Shown here: positions 9,718 to 19,094 of the stretch, in pieces
Numbering within the stretch: position 1 is the first letter of the stretch
How the letters are laid out: every line of letters starts with the position of its first letter
Assembly: GCA_034670305.1 (NCBI GenBank)
Contig: JAXMNT010000032.1
Span: 23,364 to 87,363, forward strand
Origin: Deltaproteobacteria bacterium
Lineage (GTDB): Bacteria; Myxococcota_A; Polyangia; Polyangiales; Houyiibacteriaceae
Length of the DNA: 64,000 bases
Reading direction: 5' to 3'
Notes under the pieces: model-generated
The model's database searches: none
Seen by the model: only the letters and a program-made list of their open reading frames with translations
What the model was told of the DNA's origin: nothing
Program-made: the position numbers and the translations under genes

Positions 9718-10370
9718 CGGCCCAGGTTCCCGACGATGCCCGACATGCCTTCGTTCAGCTTCGTGATGAGGTTGGTGCTCATCTGGATGACTTGGGTGCG
9801 CTGCTGGGTGAGCGTCTGGATGGTCATCATCAGCATCTCGTTGCTCGAGTTCACCCGGGTCGACTGCTGCTTCACCGCCTGAATCGTGCTGTTGATCTGA
9901 CCGATGTTGATCTGGCCGCTGTCGTTCGGGTTGATGCCCGGGTGGCCCGCGGCGTTGAGGATGTCGTGGCCGTTGACCTCGCGTGTTCCGCCACCAGGCA
10001 CGTCCACCATGAACTTGAGGTCGTGCAGGTCGACGAGGGTGTCTTCCGCCGTTCCAGTCTTTTGTGCCTCCGCAAGAATGCTGTTCAGCGCTTCCTGCTG
10101 CCGGGTGAGGACCTCGGACGTCTGGGTGTTGTTCTGGAGTCGCTCGAGGGACCCGGCGATCTGGTTGTCCAGGTCGTTGAGGCGCTGCCGCGCCATCGCG
10201 AGGATCATCTCGGGGGAGATGGCGGCCATCGGAAGCGAGTAGCCGGTGCTGAGGGACAGTTCGCCGGCGCGGTACTCGATGTCGGCGATGAACTCGGCCG
10301 GGAGTCCTCCATCGTCGAAGTCCATGTCGGGGTAGATGTCGAGGGCGGGAAGTTCGATGGCGGAAGGCAT
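9714..10370 (-). CDS. Putative T3SS tip/filament protein (Bsp22/EspA/SseB-like)
   Basis: Gln/Asn-rich helical protein; C-terminus [44 protein letters not shown] resembles axial tip-filament proteins; AGGAG RBS. Confidence 0.65.
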   Translation of the reverse strand: MPSAIELPALDIYPDMDFDDGGLPAEFIADIEYRAGELSLSTGYSLPMAAISPEMILAMARQRLNDLDNQIAGSLERLQNNTQTSEVLTRQQEALNSILAEAQKTGTAEDTLVDLHDLKFMVDVPGGGTREVNGHDILNAAGHPGINPNDSGQINIGQINSTIQAVKQQSTRVNSSNEMLMMTIQTLTQQRTQVIQMSTNLITKLNEGMSGIVGNLGR

Positions 10371-10379
10371 GAAGGACTC

Positions 10380-10598
10380 CTAGGCGCGCAGGGCGTGGGT
10401 TGGGATGAAGGGTTCGGAGCGGACTGCTTCGGGGGCCGCGACCTGCTTGCGCATTGCTCGCTCCGCATCGGCGAGTGCTTCGGGGTCGAGGTCGAGCTCG
10501 TCGGTGAAGAGCGCGAGCTCTTGGTCCTGACGGGCGCGTTCGGCTTGGAGGCGCTCGAGTTCGAGGCGGAGGCGGGTGGTGCGTTGTTTCTCGGTCAT
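10380..10598 (-). CDS. Small coiled-coil protein (72 aa), first gene of the translocon-like operon
   Basis: [28 protein letters not shown]...; GAGG RBS; 9-bp gap to the next gene. Confidence 0.65.
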   Translation of the reverse strand: MTEKQRTTRLRLELERLQAERARQDQELALFTDELDLDPEALADAERAMRKQVAAPEAVRSEPFIPTHALRA

Positions 10599-10622
10599 GG
10601 GGTTCCTCTGAAGACGTGCCCC

Positions 10623-10649
10623 TCCTCGGTGGGCGGTGCGCGCAGTTGC
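10623..10649 (-). promoter_or_regulatory. Candidate sigma28 (FliA)-like promoter of the translocon-like operon
   Basis: GCAA-N15-ACCGAGGA versus canonical TAAA-N15-GCCGATAA; same GCAACT start and spacing upstream of sctU. Confidence 0.35.
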
Positions 10650-10759
10650 GGCCATGCGCGAAAAGTTTCTCGCGCGGGCGGCCGCGGGCGAGAGATGCGC
10701 GTCCACGGCCTCGGCTGGCGTTTCGCCGACGCCCGCGACGCCGCTGTTCCGCGGGTTGC

Positions 10760-11025
10760 TGTTGCTGCGGCTGACGCTGCTGCCGACTCCGCTGCTGTCG
10801 CTGCTGCTGTCTCTGCTGCTGTCGCTGCTGCTGACTCTGCTGCTGACTCTGCTGCTGACTCTGCTGCTGACTCTGCGGCTGACTCTGCTGCTGTCTCTGC
10901 GGCTGACTCTGCTGCTGACTCTGCTGCTGACTCTGCTGCTGTCGCTGCTGCTGTCACTGCGGCTGTCTCTGCTGCTGACTCTGCTGCTGACTCTGCCGCT
11001 GACTCTGCTGCTGTCGCTGCTGTCG
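10760..11025. repeat. Intergenic degenerate 12-bp tandem repeat (GCTGACTCTGCT / GCTGTCGCTGCT)
   Basis: About 20 units visible directly. Confidence 0.95.
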
Positions 11026-11026
11026 T

Positions 11027-11280
11027 GCCAAAGCCGAACCCGAAGCCGATCCCGAAGCCGATCCCGAAGCCGATCCCGAAGCCGATCCCGAAGCCGACCC
11101 CGAAGCCGATCCCGAAGCCGATCCCGAAGCCGACCCCGAAGCCGCTTCCGAAGCCGCTACCGCTTCCGCTTCCGCTTCCGAAGCCGATCCCGAAGCCGCT
11201 ACCGCTTCCGCTTCCGCTTCCGCTTCCGCTTCCGAAGCCGCTACCGCTTCCGCTTCGATCCCGCTTCCGAATCCCGCTTC
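11027..11280. repeat. Intergenic hexamer-based repeat (CCGAAG CCGATC, grading into CCGCTT/CCGCTA)
   Basis: Visible directly; abuts the previous tract. Confidence 0.95.
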
Positions 11281-11287
11281 GCTCAGC

Positions 11288-12523
11288 TCAGCGGCGGCGG
11301 CGTCTTCGGTTGCCTGGGTACGGGCGGGCGCTGCGGGGGAGGCATTGGACTTCGTCCGGCTTGGTGTCGGTCCAGGTGGCGATGTCGGTGGTGACGGGGC
11401 GGCCGTTGCGGAAGCGGATGCGCGGGCGAAGGAGGGGGAGCGGGTCGCAGTGGGCGCCGTCGTGCACGAGCATGTAGTGGAGGTGGGGGCCGCGGCTGAG
11501 GCCGGTGTTGCCGAGCAGGGAGATGACCTGCCCGCGCGCGACGAGTTCGCCGGTCACCACCAGCAGCTCGCGGTTGTGGGCGTAGGCGGTGACCAGGCCG
11601 TTCGGGTGCACGAGGATGACGAAGCGGCCGTATCCGCCCATGCCGGTGCCCGCGTACGCGACGAGGCCGCGTTCGCTGGCGACGATAGGGGTGCCGGGGG
11701 GGGCGTAGATGTCGACGGCGAGGTGGTAGCCGCCGCGGCCGGATCCCCAGCCGCGCATGAAGGTGCCTCCGTCGATCGGCATGCCGAGGGTGCCGGGGCC
11801 GGCCGTGGGTTCCGGCGCGTCGGTGGCATCGGTGGCGGGGTCGGGATCTTCCTCGTCTTCGGTTTCGTCGGGGACGTGCTCGTCTTCGGAGACCTCTTCC
11901 TCTTCGTCGTCTTCTTCTTCCGCGTCCGCGTCGATGGGTGTGCCGACGCCGTACGCATGGGCCGGGATGGAGCGCGGTGCCCTCGCCGCGGCTGCAATCC
12001 AGCGCGGGTCGGGTGGTTGGCTCACGAGGTTCTGACCCACACGGGTGGCGCCGAGGTCGAGCCGGGTGGCGCGTTCTTCTGCCGCCGTTTGATCGGGTCG
12101 CAGGGCTCGGGTCTCGAGGCGCGGCATTCGGTTCTCGCGCCGCCGACCCGGAATGCGGAGCCGTTGACCGATCCGGATCGAATCGCCCCTCAACCGGTTG
12201 GTCCGCCGCAACGACTGTGCGGTCACGCGGTATCGGCGGGCGATGTGCGAGATGGTCTCACCTCGCCGCACGACGTGGAATCCTTCGCGCCGTGCTTGCG
12301 CGGCGGAACCACGACCGGGAATGGTCAACCGGGCGCCGATGCGCACGTTGTCGCCGCGCAGGCGGTTGGCGCGGCGTAGGTCGGAGATGGGCACTCGGAA
12401 ACGACGCGCGATCCTCGCCAAGGTGTCGCCGGACCGAACCGTGTAGGAACGATCGGCGTGTGCGGCGGGCGCCGTAGGCGCGACGCACACGATGGCGACG
12501 AGGATCCACGCGTACCACTTCAC
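11288..12523 (-). CDS. LysM + M23 family peptidoglycan endopeptidase
   Basis: Signal peptide, two LysM repeats ([32 protein letters not shown]), acidic linker, HLAVD and GPHLH zinc motifs. Confidence 0.93.
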   Translation of the reverse strand: MKWYAWILVAIVCVAPTAPAAHADRSYTVRSGDTLARIARRFRVPISDLRRANRLRGDNVRIGARLTIPGRGSAAQARREGFHVVRRGETISHIARRYRVTAQSLRRTNRLRGDSIRIGQRLRIPGRRRENRMPRLETRALRPDQTAAEERATRLDLGATRVGQNLVSQPPDPRWIAAAARAPRSIPAHAYGVGTPIDADAEEEDDEEEEVSEDEHVPDETEDEEDPDPATDATDAPEPTAGPGTLGMPIDGGTFMRGWGSGRGGYHLAVDIYAPPGTPIVASERGLVAYAGTGMGGYGRFVILVHPNGLVTAYAHNRELLVVTGELVARGQVISLLGNTGLSRGPHLHYMLVHDGAHCDPLPLLRPRIRFRNGRPVTTDIATWTDTKPDEVQCLPRSARPYPGNRRRRRR

Positions 12524-12755
12524 TGGGCGCGACCTTGTCGGTGCGGTCCTGTCGAAACGCAGCTCAGTTCGTTCAACTCGACCCGGGCTGAAGTCGGCGC
12601 CACCACGCACACAGGCTGAACGCGTCGCGGCAGAGTGTCGACCCGAGCGCGGAGCGGGGCCACGGACGAGGCGACGGGGGGGATCTCAGACACGGTGCAG
12701 GGACGCATTCGGGGCGAATTGCTTCAACGACACCCCGAGCCGCCAAGGCGTCGGT

Positions 12756-13454
12756 CTAAGACAGCGTGAGGAAGTCGACGTATTCCCCGTGGGTCAGGCA
12801 ATGGGCGTAGACACGGATCTCTGCGCCGGCCGCCACGCCCTCGGGCAACGCCACGAGGTAGATGGTCTGCTTGCCGCCGTCGTCGGTGATCTCGCCCTCG
12901 CCCTGCACAGCGTAGGCACCGCTGTCTTCCTGGTCGGCGAGCGGCCACCCGGAGAACTGGGTCTCGACTTCTTCGGCGTCGCCATCGGTCGCGACGCGAA
13001 TGCGGATCCAGTTGTACCAATGGCCGTCCGGGTTGTCCTCGCTCGGCGGCGCGTTCGGATGGGGGGCATGGCCCTTCGAAGGGTCGCCCCACATGATCGC
13101 GAGCATGCCGGGCGGCACCAGCGCTGGATCGAGTTCCGGAACGAAGGGCAGGTGTTTGCCGAGGTGTTTGAGTTCCCCTTCGGGGCCGTTGATCGATTCG
13201 AGGTAGCTGTCCGGAATCGCACCGGCGTTGCCACGGGTGCGGTTGAACGCGATCGCGTCCCAGTCCGCCGGTCGGCTGGTGGGAACCGCAATGGGCTCGG
13301 GCGTCTCGGAACCGGTGGTGGGCTCAGGCGTGGGTTCGGGGGTCGGTTGCGGCGCGGACTCCGAGCCACACCCCAAGCCGAGCACCGCGGGCGCCAACAC
13401 CAAGGCGCCGGTCGCGGTCGCCAACTTCTCGAGCATCTCTCTTCGGGTAGCCAT
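12756..13454 (-). CDS. Tat-exported lipoprotein with a superoxide reductase (desulfoferrodoxin)-like metal site
   Basis: TRREML twin-Arg motif, LGLGC lipobox; KHLP...HP...HWYNWI...CLTHG ligand pattern. Confidence 0.7.
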   Translation of the reverse strand: MATRREMLEKLATATGALVLAPAVLGLGCGSESAPQPTPEPTPEPTTGSETPEPIAVPTSRPADWDAIAFNRTRGNAGAIPDSYLESINGPEGELKHLGKHLPFVPELDPALVPPGMLAIMWGDPSKGHAPHPNAPPSEDNPDGHWYNWIRIRVATDGDAEEVETQFSGWPLADQEDSGAYAVQGEGEITDDGGKQTIYLVALPEGVAAGAEIRVYAHCLTHGEYVDFLTLS

Positions 13455-13498
13455 GCCCTGGCCCTACCACGCGAGCGCTAGGCTGTCGCGAGCGTCCG

Positions 13499-14770
13499 CT
13501 ACATCCGCGCGAGGCGGGCGCGGGCGAACTCGGCGTTTGGGTCGCGGTCGAGCGCTGCGCGCCACTGCAAACGGGCAGCGTCCTCGTCGCCTGCGCGCTC
13601 GTAGTAGAGCGCGAGGTTCATGACGGGATGGGGGTCGGTGGGATCGAGTTCCGCCGCGCGCGACAGGGCTTCGATCGCGCCCGCTTCGTCGCCAAGCTGC
13701 ATGCGCGCTGCGCCGAGACCGTTGTGCGCGGCCGCAAGGTTCGGGGCGTTCTCCACTGCGCGTTCGTAGGCGAGCGCCGACTGAGAAGCGTCTTCCTGAA
13801 AGAGCAGGTTGCCGAGCTTGACCCACGTCGCGGAGTCGGTCGGTTTCGACCGCAGCGCCTCGCGGTAGCCCGAGAGCGCGGTCTCCACCTCGCCGCGGGC
13901 GCGCGCGATGTCGGCCAACCCGATGGTCGCCAGCGTCTCGTGCGGCGCCAGCTCGAGCACCCGGTCGAAGTCGTCCGCCGCTGCGTCGAGGTCGTCGCGA
14001 TCGAGCGCGCACAACGCGCGGCCGAGCAGCGCCTGCGGGTTGGCGGGGGCGAGCTCGAGCGCGTGCTCGAACGACGCGGCGGCTTCGTCGGCGTCGCCCT
14101 CGGCCCGCCGAATGCGTCCGAGGTTGATCCACGCCGTGTGGCGTTCCGGGTCGAGCTCCAGCGCGGTGCGCCACTCACGCTCGGCATCTTCGGCGCGGCC
14201 GAGGCGCTCGAGGGCCAGGCCCCGACGGTCGTGGAGCGACGCGACGTTCGGCGCGGTCTCGAGCAGACGCCGGAGCGCGTTTTCAGCGGTTCGGGCGTCG
14301 TCCGCATCAAGCGCGAGGTCGGCCTTCTGCAGCAGCGCACGCGGGTGGTCGGGCTCGAGCGCGAGGGCTTCGGTGATGTGCGCCAGTGCGAGATCGGTGC
14401 GCTGTGCTTCCCGCGCGATGACACTCGCCAGGACATGGCGGTGGGGCGTCCATCCGGCTTCCGACCGGGCCGCGCTCATCGCACCTTCGGCGCTGATCAG
14501 ATCCCCGCGGCCGAGATGAACCAACGCGTCGAGATCGTGATGCAGCGCACCCGCGTTGAGGCCCGCCTCTTCCGCGAGGTCGAGTTCGGCTTGGGCATCC
14601 GCCGCCGGGATGTCGCGAAGTTCAGGCGCGTCCGCAAAGGGGGTCGCGAACAACGCGCGGGCCCGTTCGAGGTGCGACTCCGCGGTGGCGTCCTGGTGTT
14701 GCACGACACCCACGACGACGAGCGAACAGACCACGGCAGCGGCCATGACGAGGGCGAGGGAACGGCGCAT
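13499..14770 (-). CDS. Exported or membrane-anchored TPR protein
   Basis: N-terminal hydrophobic helix followed by many TPRs (ALALEPDH, ALELDPE, ALELAPAN, AAELDPTD). Confidence 0.9.
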   Translation of the reverse strand: MRRSLALVMAAAVVCSLVVVGVVQHQDATAESHLERARALFATPFADAPELRDIPAADAQAELDLAEEAGLNAGALHHDLDALVHLGRGDLISAEGAMSAARSEAGWTPHRHVLASVIAREAQRTDLALAHITEALALEPDHPRALLQKADLALDADDARTAENALRRLLETAPNVASLHDRRGLALERLGRAEDAEREWRTALELDPERHTAWINLGRIRRAEGDADEAAASFEHALELAPANPQALLGRALCALDRDDLDAAADDFDRVLELAPHETLATIGLADIARARGEVETALSGYREALRSKPTDSATWVKLGNLLFQEDASQSALAYERAVENAPNLAAAHNGLGAARMQLGDEAGAIEALSRAAELDPTDPHPVMNLALYYERAGDEDAARLQWRAALDRDPNAEFARARLARM

Positions 14771-14878
14771 GGGTTCAGGTACAGAAACGCCCGATCCGTG
14801 GTCAAGAAAGTGGAGGTTTTCCTCCCCCTCCCCGCCCCGTTGTTTGCTCACGGGCGGGGATATGCTCCAATCGCCGCC

Positions 14879-15919
14879 GTGACCCACCCTGACCTCGGAC
14901 GACGGCTCTGCGGCAAATACGAGCTCGTGTCGCTGGCCGGTGAGGGCGGCATGGCGGAAGTCTTCTACGCCTTTACCCACGGCGCGGAGGGGTTTCGTCG
15001 CCCCGTCGCGGTCAAACGCATCCTGGATCACCTCGCCGAAGACCCGAGCTTCGTCGCCATGTTCGTCGAAGAAGCCCGGGTCACCGCCGCGCTGACGCAC
15101 CCGAACATCGTTCAGATCCACGACTTCGCAGAAGACTCGGACGGCGCCTTCTTCCTCGTGATGGAGTGGGTCGACGGAGTGAACCTCTTCCACTGGCAGC
15201 AGGCGTACCTGGTGGCGGGCGAACACACGCCATGGCACCTGGTCGCGGCCGCCGGCATCGAAGTGCTCAAGGCGCTCCACGGCGCGCACGAACACGAGGA
15301 CAACGCCGGCCGCAAGGTGCCGGTGTTCCACCGGGACGTGACGCCGCAGAACATTCTCATCGGCGCCAACGGCGTCGTGAAGCTGACCGACTTCGGGCTC
15401 GCGCGCGCCATGGACCGCGCACGCATGACGCAGCCGCAGATGCTCAAAGGCAAACTCTCCTACGTCGCGCCCGAGATGATCACCGGCGGGGACCCGAGCG
15501 TGCAGACCGACCTGTTCGGGATCGGCATCGTGCTCTGGGAAACGCTCGCGGGCCGCAAACTCTTCGATGGGGAAGGACCACTGCAGATCCTCTCCAAGGT
15601 GAAGGACGCGGAGGTTCCCCTTCTGAGCGACATCCGGCCCGACATTCCCCGCGCGCTCAACGACGCAGTCCACCGTGCGCTCGAGAAGGAACCGACGGCG
15701 CGGTTCAAGAGCGCACGTTCGATGGTGCGGGCGCTGGCGAACATTCTCCGGATGACGCCCGAGTCGACCAGCTCCGAGGTCGTCGCTCGCACGGTGCGCC
15801 TCGCCCAGCAGCGGCTTCGCGACGCGAACCCTCCGCCGCAAGAGTTGAGCGCCAGCGAGCTCGAAGCGCTGATGGACGAGCCGAGCCACATCCCGCTCAC
15901 GACCCGCAAGAAGTCCTGA
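14879..15919 (+). CDS. Ser/Thr protein kinase, cytoplasmic
   Basis: GEGGMAEV, VAVK, HRDVTPQN, DFG, APE. Confidence 0.95.
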   Translation: MTHPDLGRRLCGKYELVSLAGEGGMAEVFYAFTHGAEGFRRPVAVKRILDHLAEDPSFVAMFVEEARVTAALTHPNIVQIHDFAEDSDGAFFLVMEWVDGVNLFHWQQAYLVAGEHTPWHLVAAAGIEVLKALHGAHEHEDNAGRKVPVFHRDVTPQNILIGANGVVKLTDFGLARAMDRARMTQPQMLKGKLSYVAPEMITGGDPSVQTDLFGIGIVLWETLAGRKLFDGEGPLQILSKVKDAEVPLLSDIRPDIPRALNDAVHRALEKEPTARFKSARSMVRALANILRMTPESTSSEVVARTVRLAQQRLRDANPPPQELSASELEALMDEPSHIPLTTRKKS

Positions 15920-15926
15920 ACGCCGC

Positions 15927-16577
15927 TTGTCCTCCCCGGTGGTCGAAGAGAATCCAGTGGCTGGCGCAGATCAGGCGGACGGTGCGGCAGAGCGCAGCGT
16001 CGCAGGCGACCACGCACCGAAGCCCTCCAATCGGTGGCGCTTGCTCGCGCTCGTGGTGCTCTTCGTCGGATCGCTCGTGGTCGCAAAACTCACCGGCCTG
16101 ACAGACGAACTGAGTCTCGAGCGCGTCCGAGGGTTCATGGAGGGCGCCGGCGTCGTCGGCTTCCTCTTGTTCCTCGCCGCGTTCGCCGTGGGCGAGTTGG
16201 TGCACGTGCCCGGACTGGTCTTTGTCGCGGCGGCGATCCTCGCGTACGGGCGCACGCTCGGCGGCGGCGCAGCGTATGTCGGCGCGATCGTGAGCGTCTG
16301 CGTCAGCTTCTGGGTGGTCCGGGGCGTCGGCGGGCAGCCGCTCGCGGAGATCCAGCGGCCGTTCATGAAACGGATCCTCGCGAGGCTCGACCGCCACCCC
16401 ATCCGGGTGGTGGCGCTGTTGCGCGTCCTGCTCTGGATGGCGCCGCCGCTCAACTACGCGCTTGCCATGAGCCCCGTCCGGTTCCGCGACTACCTGCTTG
16501 GATCGCTCATCGGCCTGGTGCTTCCGATGGTCGCAGCCAGCCTCTTCTTCGAATGGCTGGTCGCGACCTTCTTGTAG
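15927..16577 (+). CDS. TVP38/TMEM64 (DedA/VTT-domain) membrane protein
   Basis: Several TM helices; LLR..W..PPLNYALAMSPVRFRDYLLGSLIG. Confidence 0.88.
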   Translation: MSSPVVEENPVAGADQADGAAERSVAGDHAPKPSNRWRLLALVVLFVGSLVVAKLTGLTDELSLERVRGFMEGAGVVGFLLFLAAFAVGELVHVPGLVFVAAAILAYGRTLGGGAAYVGAIVSVCVSFWVVRGVGGQPLAEIQRPFMKRILARLDRHPIRVVALLRVLLWMAPPLNYALAMSPVRFRDYLLGSLIGLVLPMVAASLFFEWLVATFL

Positions 16578-16639
16578 TCGAAGCCCGTACCGGCAGGGTC
16601 CCAAGGGATGCTCGGCGCCGGACGTCGTACCATCCTTCG

Positions 16640-17686
16640 ATGTCTCCCCGCCCAACCACGCTCGTCCTCCTGCTTCTCGCCGCGTGTGGCGCCGACAACG
16701 CGAGCACTGCGGTTCCCACAGCCAGCACTGCGGGTCCCACAGCCAACCCCACCCCGAGCACACCGGCCACCCCACCGAGCGCCGGGTCGTACGAGCTGCA
16801 CGAATGGGGGCTCTTGACCGTGAGTGCGTCGGGCACCCAGGTCACCGCCGGACCCATGCGCCAGTCCGACGCGATGATCGTGGTGGAAAAGCCAGTGATC
16901 TACCTCCACACCTCGAGCGCGCTCGACCTCGCGATCGGGGTGCATCCGGGCGCTGGATACGGCGTCGCAGAGCACTACCCACCCCTTCGCAACGCCGACG
17001 GGGCGCTTCACTGGAGCGTCGCCACCACCGGCGCGCGCTGCGCCGACCGACACCGGTACCCAGACACGTGTGGACCGAGCGGAGCGCCGTGCGAGGTGCC
17101 CGAACTCCCGAACTACGAGACCGCCGATGCGAGCTGTCTCCGGGTCGGTCCGCACCAACTGCCGCTGCTCTTCTACCGGCTCGACCGAGACACACCTGCG
17201 TCGTTGCCTGTAGCGATCGAACAAGCCGGAGACACCGTGCGGGCGCGACGAACGCCTGGGCATGGGCAACTCGGCATGGCCTGGCGGGTGACCGCACGCG
17301 GCGGAGAGGTGCGCGCCATCCAGGTGTCGATCGGCGAAGCTGCCGCGGACATTCCGGAGGCGACGCAGTCGGTCGAAGTCGCGTCCATGGGCTTGGACGC
17401 GGCGCTCCAGGCCACCGGGCTGACGACCGAAGAGCGCAACGCGTTCGCGCGCGCGTGGTCCACCGATCTCTTCGGCGAAGGGATCACGCTGGGCGGCGGC
17501 GGCGCGGTGGAACGCACTGTCGAGGAGGTCGTCGTCGAAGAAGACATGCCGGACTCGGTCCCGACCATCGCCGATGTGCTCCTCTACCTCCTGCCCGCCG
17601 CGGACGTCGATTCGGTCGCCCGCATCTCTGCCACGCCCGCACCGACCCGAACGGTGCGGAGCTTCGTCGTACGACAGGTGTTGTGA
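16640..17686 (+). CDS. Hypothetical lipoprotein (HEWG / KPVIYL motifs), paralog 1
   Basis: LAAC lipobox; YELHEWG, KPVIYLH, LLFYR, GLTTEERNAFARAW. Confidence 0.8.
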   Translation: MSPRPTTLVLLLLAACGADNASTAVPTASTAGPTANPTPSTPATPPSAGSYELHEWGLLTVSASGTQVTAGPMRQSDAMIVVEKPVIYLHTSSALDLAIGVHPGAGYGVAEHYPPLRNADGALHWSVATTGARCADRHRYPDTCGPSGAPCEVPELPNYETADASCLRVGPHQLPLLFYRLDRDTPASLPVAIEQAGDTVRARRTPGHGQLGMAWRVTARGGEVRAIQVSIGEAAADIPEATQSVEVASMGLDAALQATGLTTEERNAFARAWSTDLFGEGITLGGGGAVERTVEEVVVEEDMPDSVPTIADVLLYLLPAADVDSVARISATPAPTRTVRSFVVRQVL

Positions 17687-18807
17687 TGAATCGTCTCTCG
17701 ATCGTGTCGGTCACGTGTTCCTTGCTCGCGGGTTCATTTCTCGCGTGTGGTGGCTCGCAAGAAGTTCAGGAACAGACGCCGGTGCCTCCGACCGCAGCGC
17801 CGACTCCAACCGAGACCGAGGCCACGGCGCCCTACGACCTGCACGAGTGGGGCCTGCTCTCGGTGACCCGCAGCTCGGTCGAGCTCGCGGCGGGCCCCAA
17901 CGCACGCCGCATGCGACCCGATCCGATGGAGCTCACGGTCGACAAACCGGTCGTCTACGTGCACACGGACGCGCCCTCGGCGTTCGCGCTGCGGGTGCAC
18001 CTCGGCGCGGGCTACCAGACTGCGGAGCGGTGGCCTGAACACGCAGGCCCGCTGCATTGGCACGTACATGCGACCGGCGCGCCGTGTGGGGCCGACCGTT
18101 CGCCGTACCCGGCGGAATGTACGAACACCGATGGCTACTGCGAAGCGCTCGAGCTGCCGCGCTACGAGACCGCGGGGGCTTCCTGCCTTCACGTCGGCGC
18201 CACGAAAGCGCCGCTCTTGTTCTACCGCCTGCGCGCAGCCGACCGCACCGTCGCAGACCGGCTGCCGGTGACGCAGGAGAGCGCGGGTTTTCGCGCGCGC
18301 CGTGCCACGGTCGCGTACCGGGTGCACTGGAGGCAGGGCGTGGGGCACGCCATTCGGATCCCGCTCGGCGACACCACCACCGCACCGCCCGACGGTCCAG
18401 AAGGGCTAGACGAAGTCATCGCTTGGCTGCGGACCGAGATGACCGAACGCGGGCTCGACGCCGAAGAGCGCGGCGCCTTCGAGCGGGCGTGGTGGGGCGC
18501 GCTCTTCGGAGCGGATCTGGCACCGAGCGACGATTCGGCCGCCACCGACCACCCAGTTCGCGCGGCCGACGTACGGCCGGCCGATCGACAGGCGGCCGAC
18601 GAAGACGGAGACGACGGTGTGGTCGCCGACGAGACCGTCCTCGACAACCTGACCGCCGACGTGCCCCGCGCACCGGGCGCGCCCCAGTACGACGACGTCC
18701 TCCTGTACTGGCTCGAGGATGCGGAGATCGACGCCATCGCCCGCCTCGAGGCGACACCGGCACCACGGACCACCCGCCGCGCGTTCCTCGTCCGCCACGC
18801 GTTCTGA
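17686..18807 (+). CDS. Hypothetical lipoprotein (HEWG / KPVVYV motifs), paralog 2
   Basis: TGATG overlap; FLAC lipobox; YDLHEWG, KPVVYVH, LLFYR, GLDAEERGAFERAW. Confidence 0.8.
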   Translation: MNRLSIVSVTCSLLAGSFLACGGSQEVQEQTPVPPTAAPTPTETEATAPYDLHEWGLLSVTRSSVELAAGPNARRMRPDPMELTVDKPVVYVHTDAPSAFALRVHLGAGYQTAERWPEHAGPLHWHVHATGAPCGADRSPYPAECTNTDGYCEALELPRYETAGASCLHVGATKAPLLFYRLRAADRTVADRLPVTQESAGFRARRATVAYRVHWRQGVGHAIRIPLGDTTTAPPDGPEGLDEVIAWLRTEMTERGLDAEERGAFERAWWGALFGADLAPSDDSAATDHPVRAADVRPADRQAADEDGDDGVVADETVLDNLTADVPRAPGAPQYDDVLLYWLEDAEIDAIARLEATPAPRTTRRAFLVRHAF

Positions 18808-18820
18808 TACGGACACAGCG

Positions 18821-19079
18821 AGACGGCGGCAGAGACAGCGGCAGAGACAGCGGCAGAGACAGCGGCAGAGACAGCGGCAGAGACAGCGGCAGAGACAGCG
18901 GCAGAGACAGCGGCAGAGACAGCGGCAGAGACGGCGGCAGAGACAGCGGCAGAGACGGCGGCAGAGACGGCGGCAGAGACAGCGGCAGAGACAGCGGCAG
19001 AGACAGCGGCAGAGACAGCGGCAGAGACAGCGGCAGAGACAGCGGCAGAGACAGCGGCAGAGACAGCGGCAGAGACAGC
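18821..19079. repeat. Near-perfect 12-bp tandem repeat (AGAGACAGCGGC), about 21 copies, between convergent genes
   Basis: Visible directly; a few units carry an A>G variant. Confidence 0.97.
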
Positions 19080-19094
19080 AAGCCGTGACGTCGT

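Noticed and set aside
10640-10655. Sigma54 promoter (GG-N10-GC) upstream of the translocon operon
   Set aside because: Spacing fits, but the TGGCAC and TTGC context is poor; such matches are common at high GC
10595-11477. ORFs with poly-(AADS), (LLLT), (PK) or (RS) sequence
   Set aside because: They are translations of stop-free repeat tracts, open in several frames, with no credible start signals
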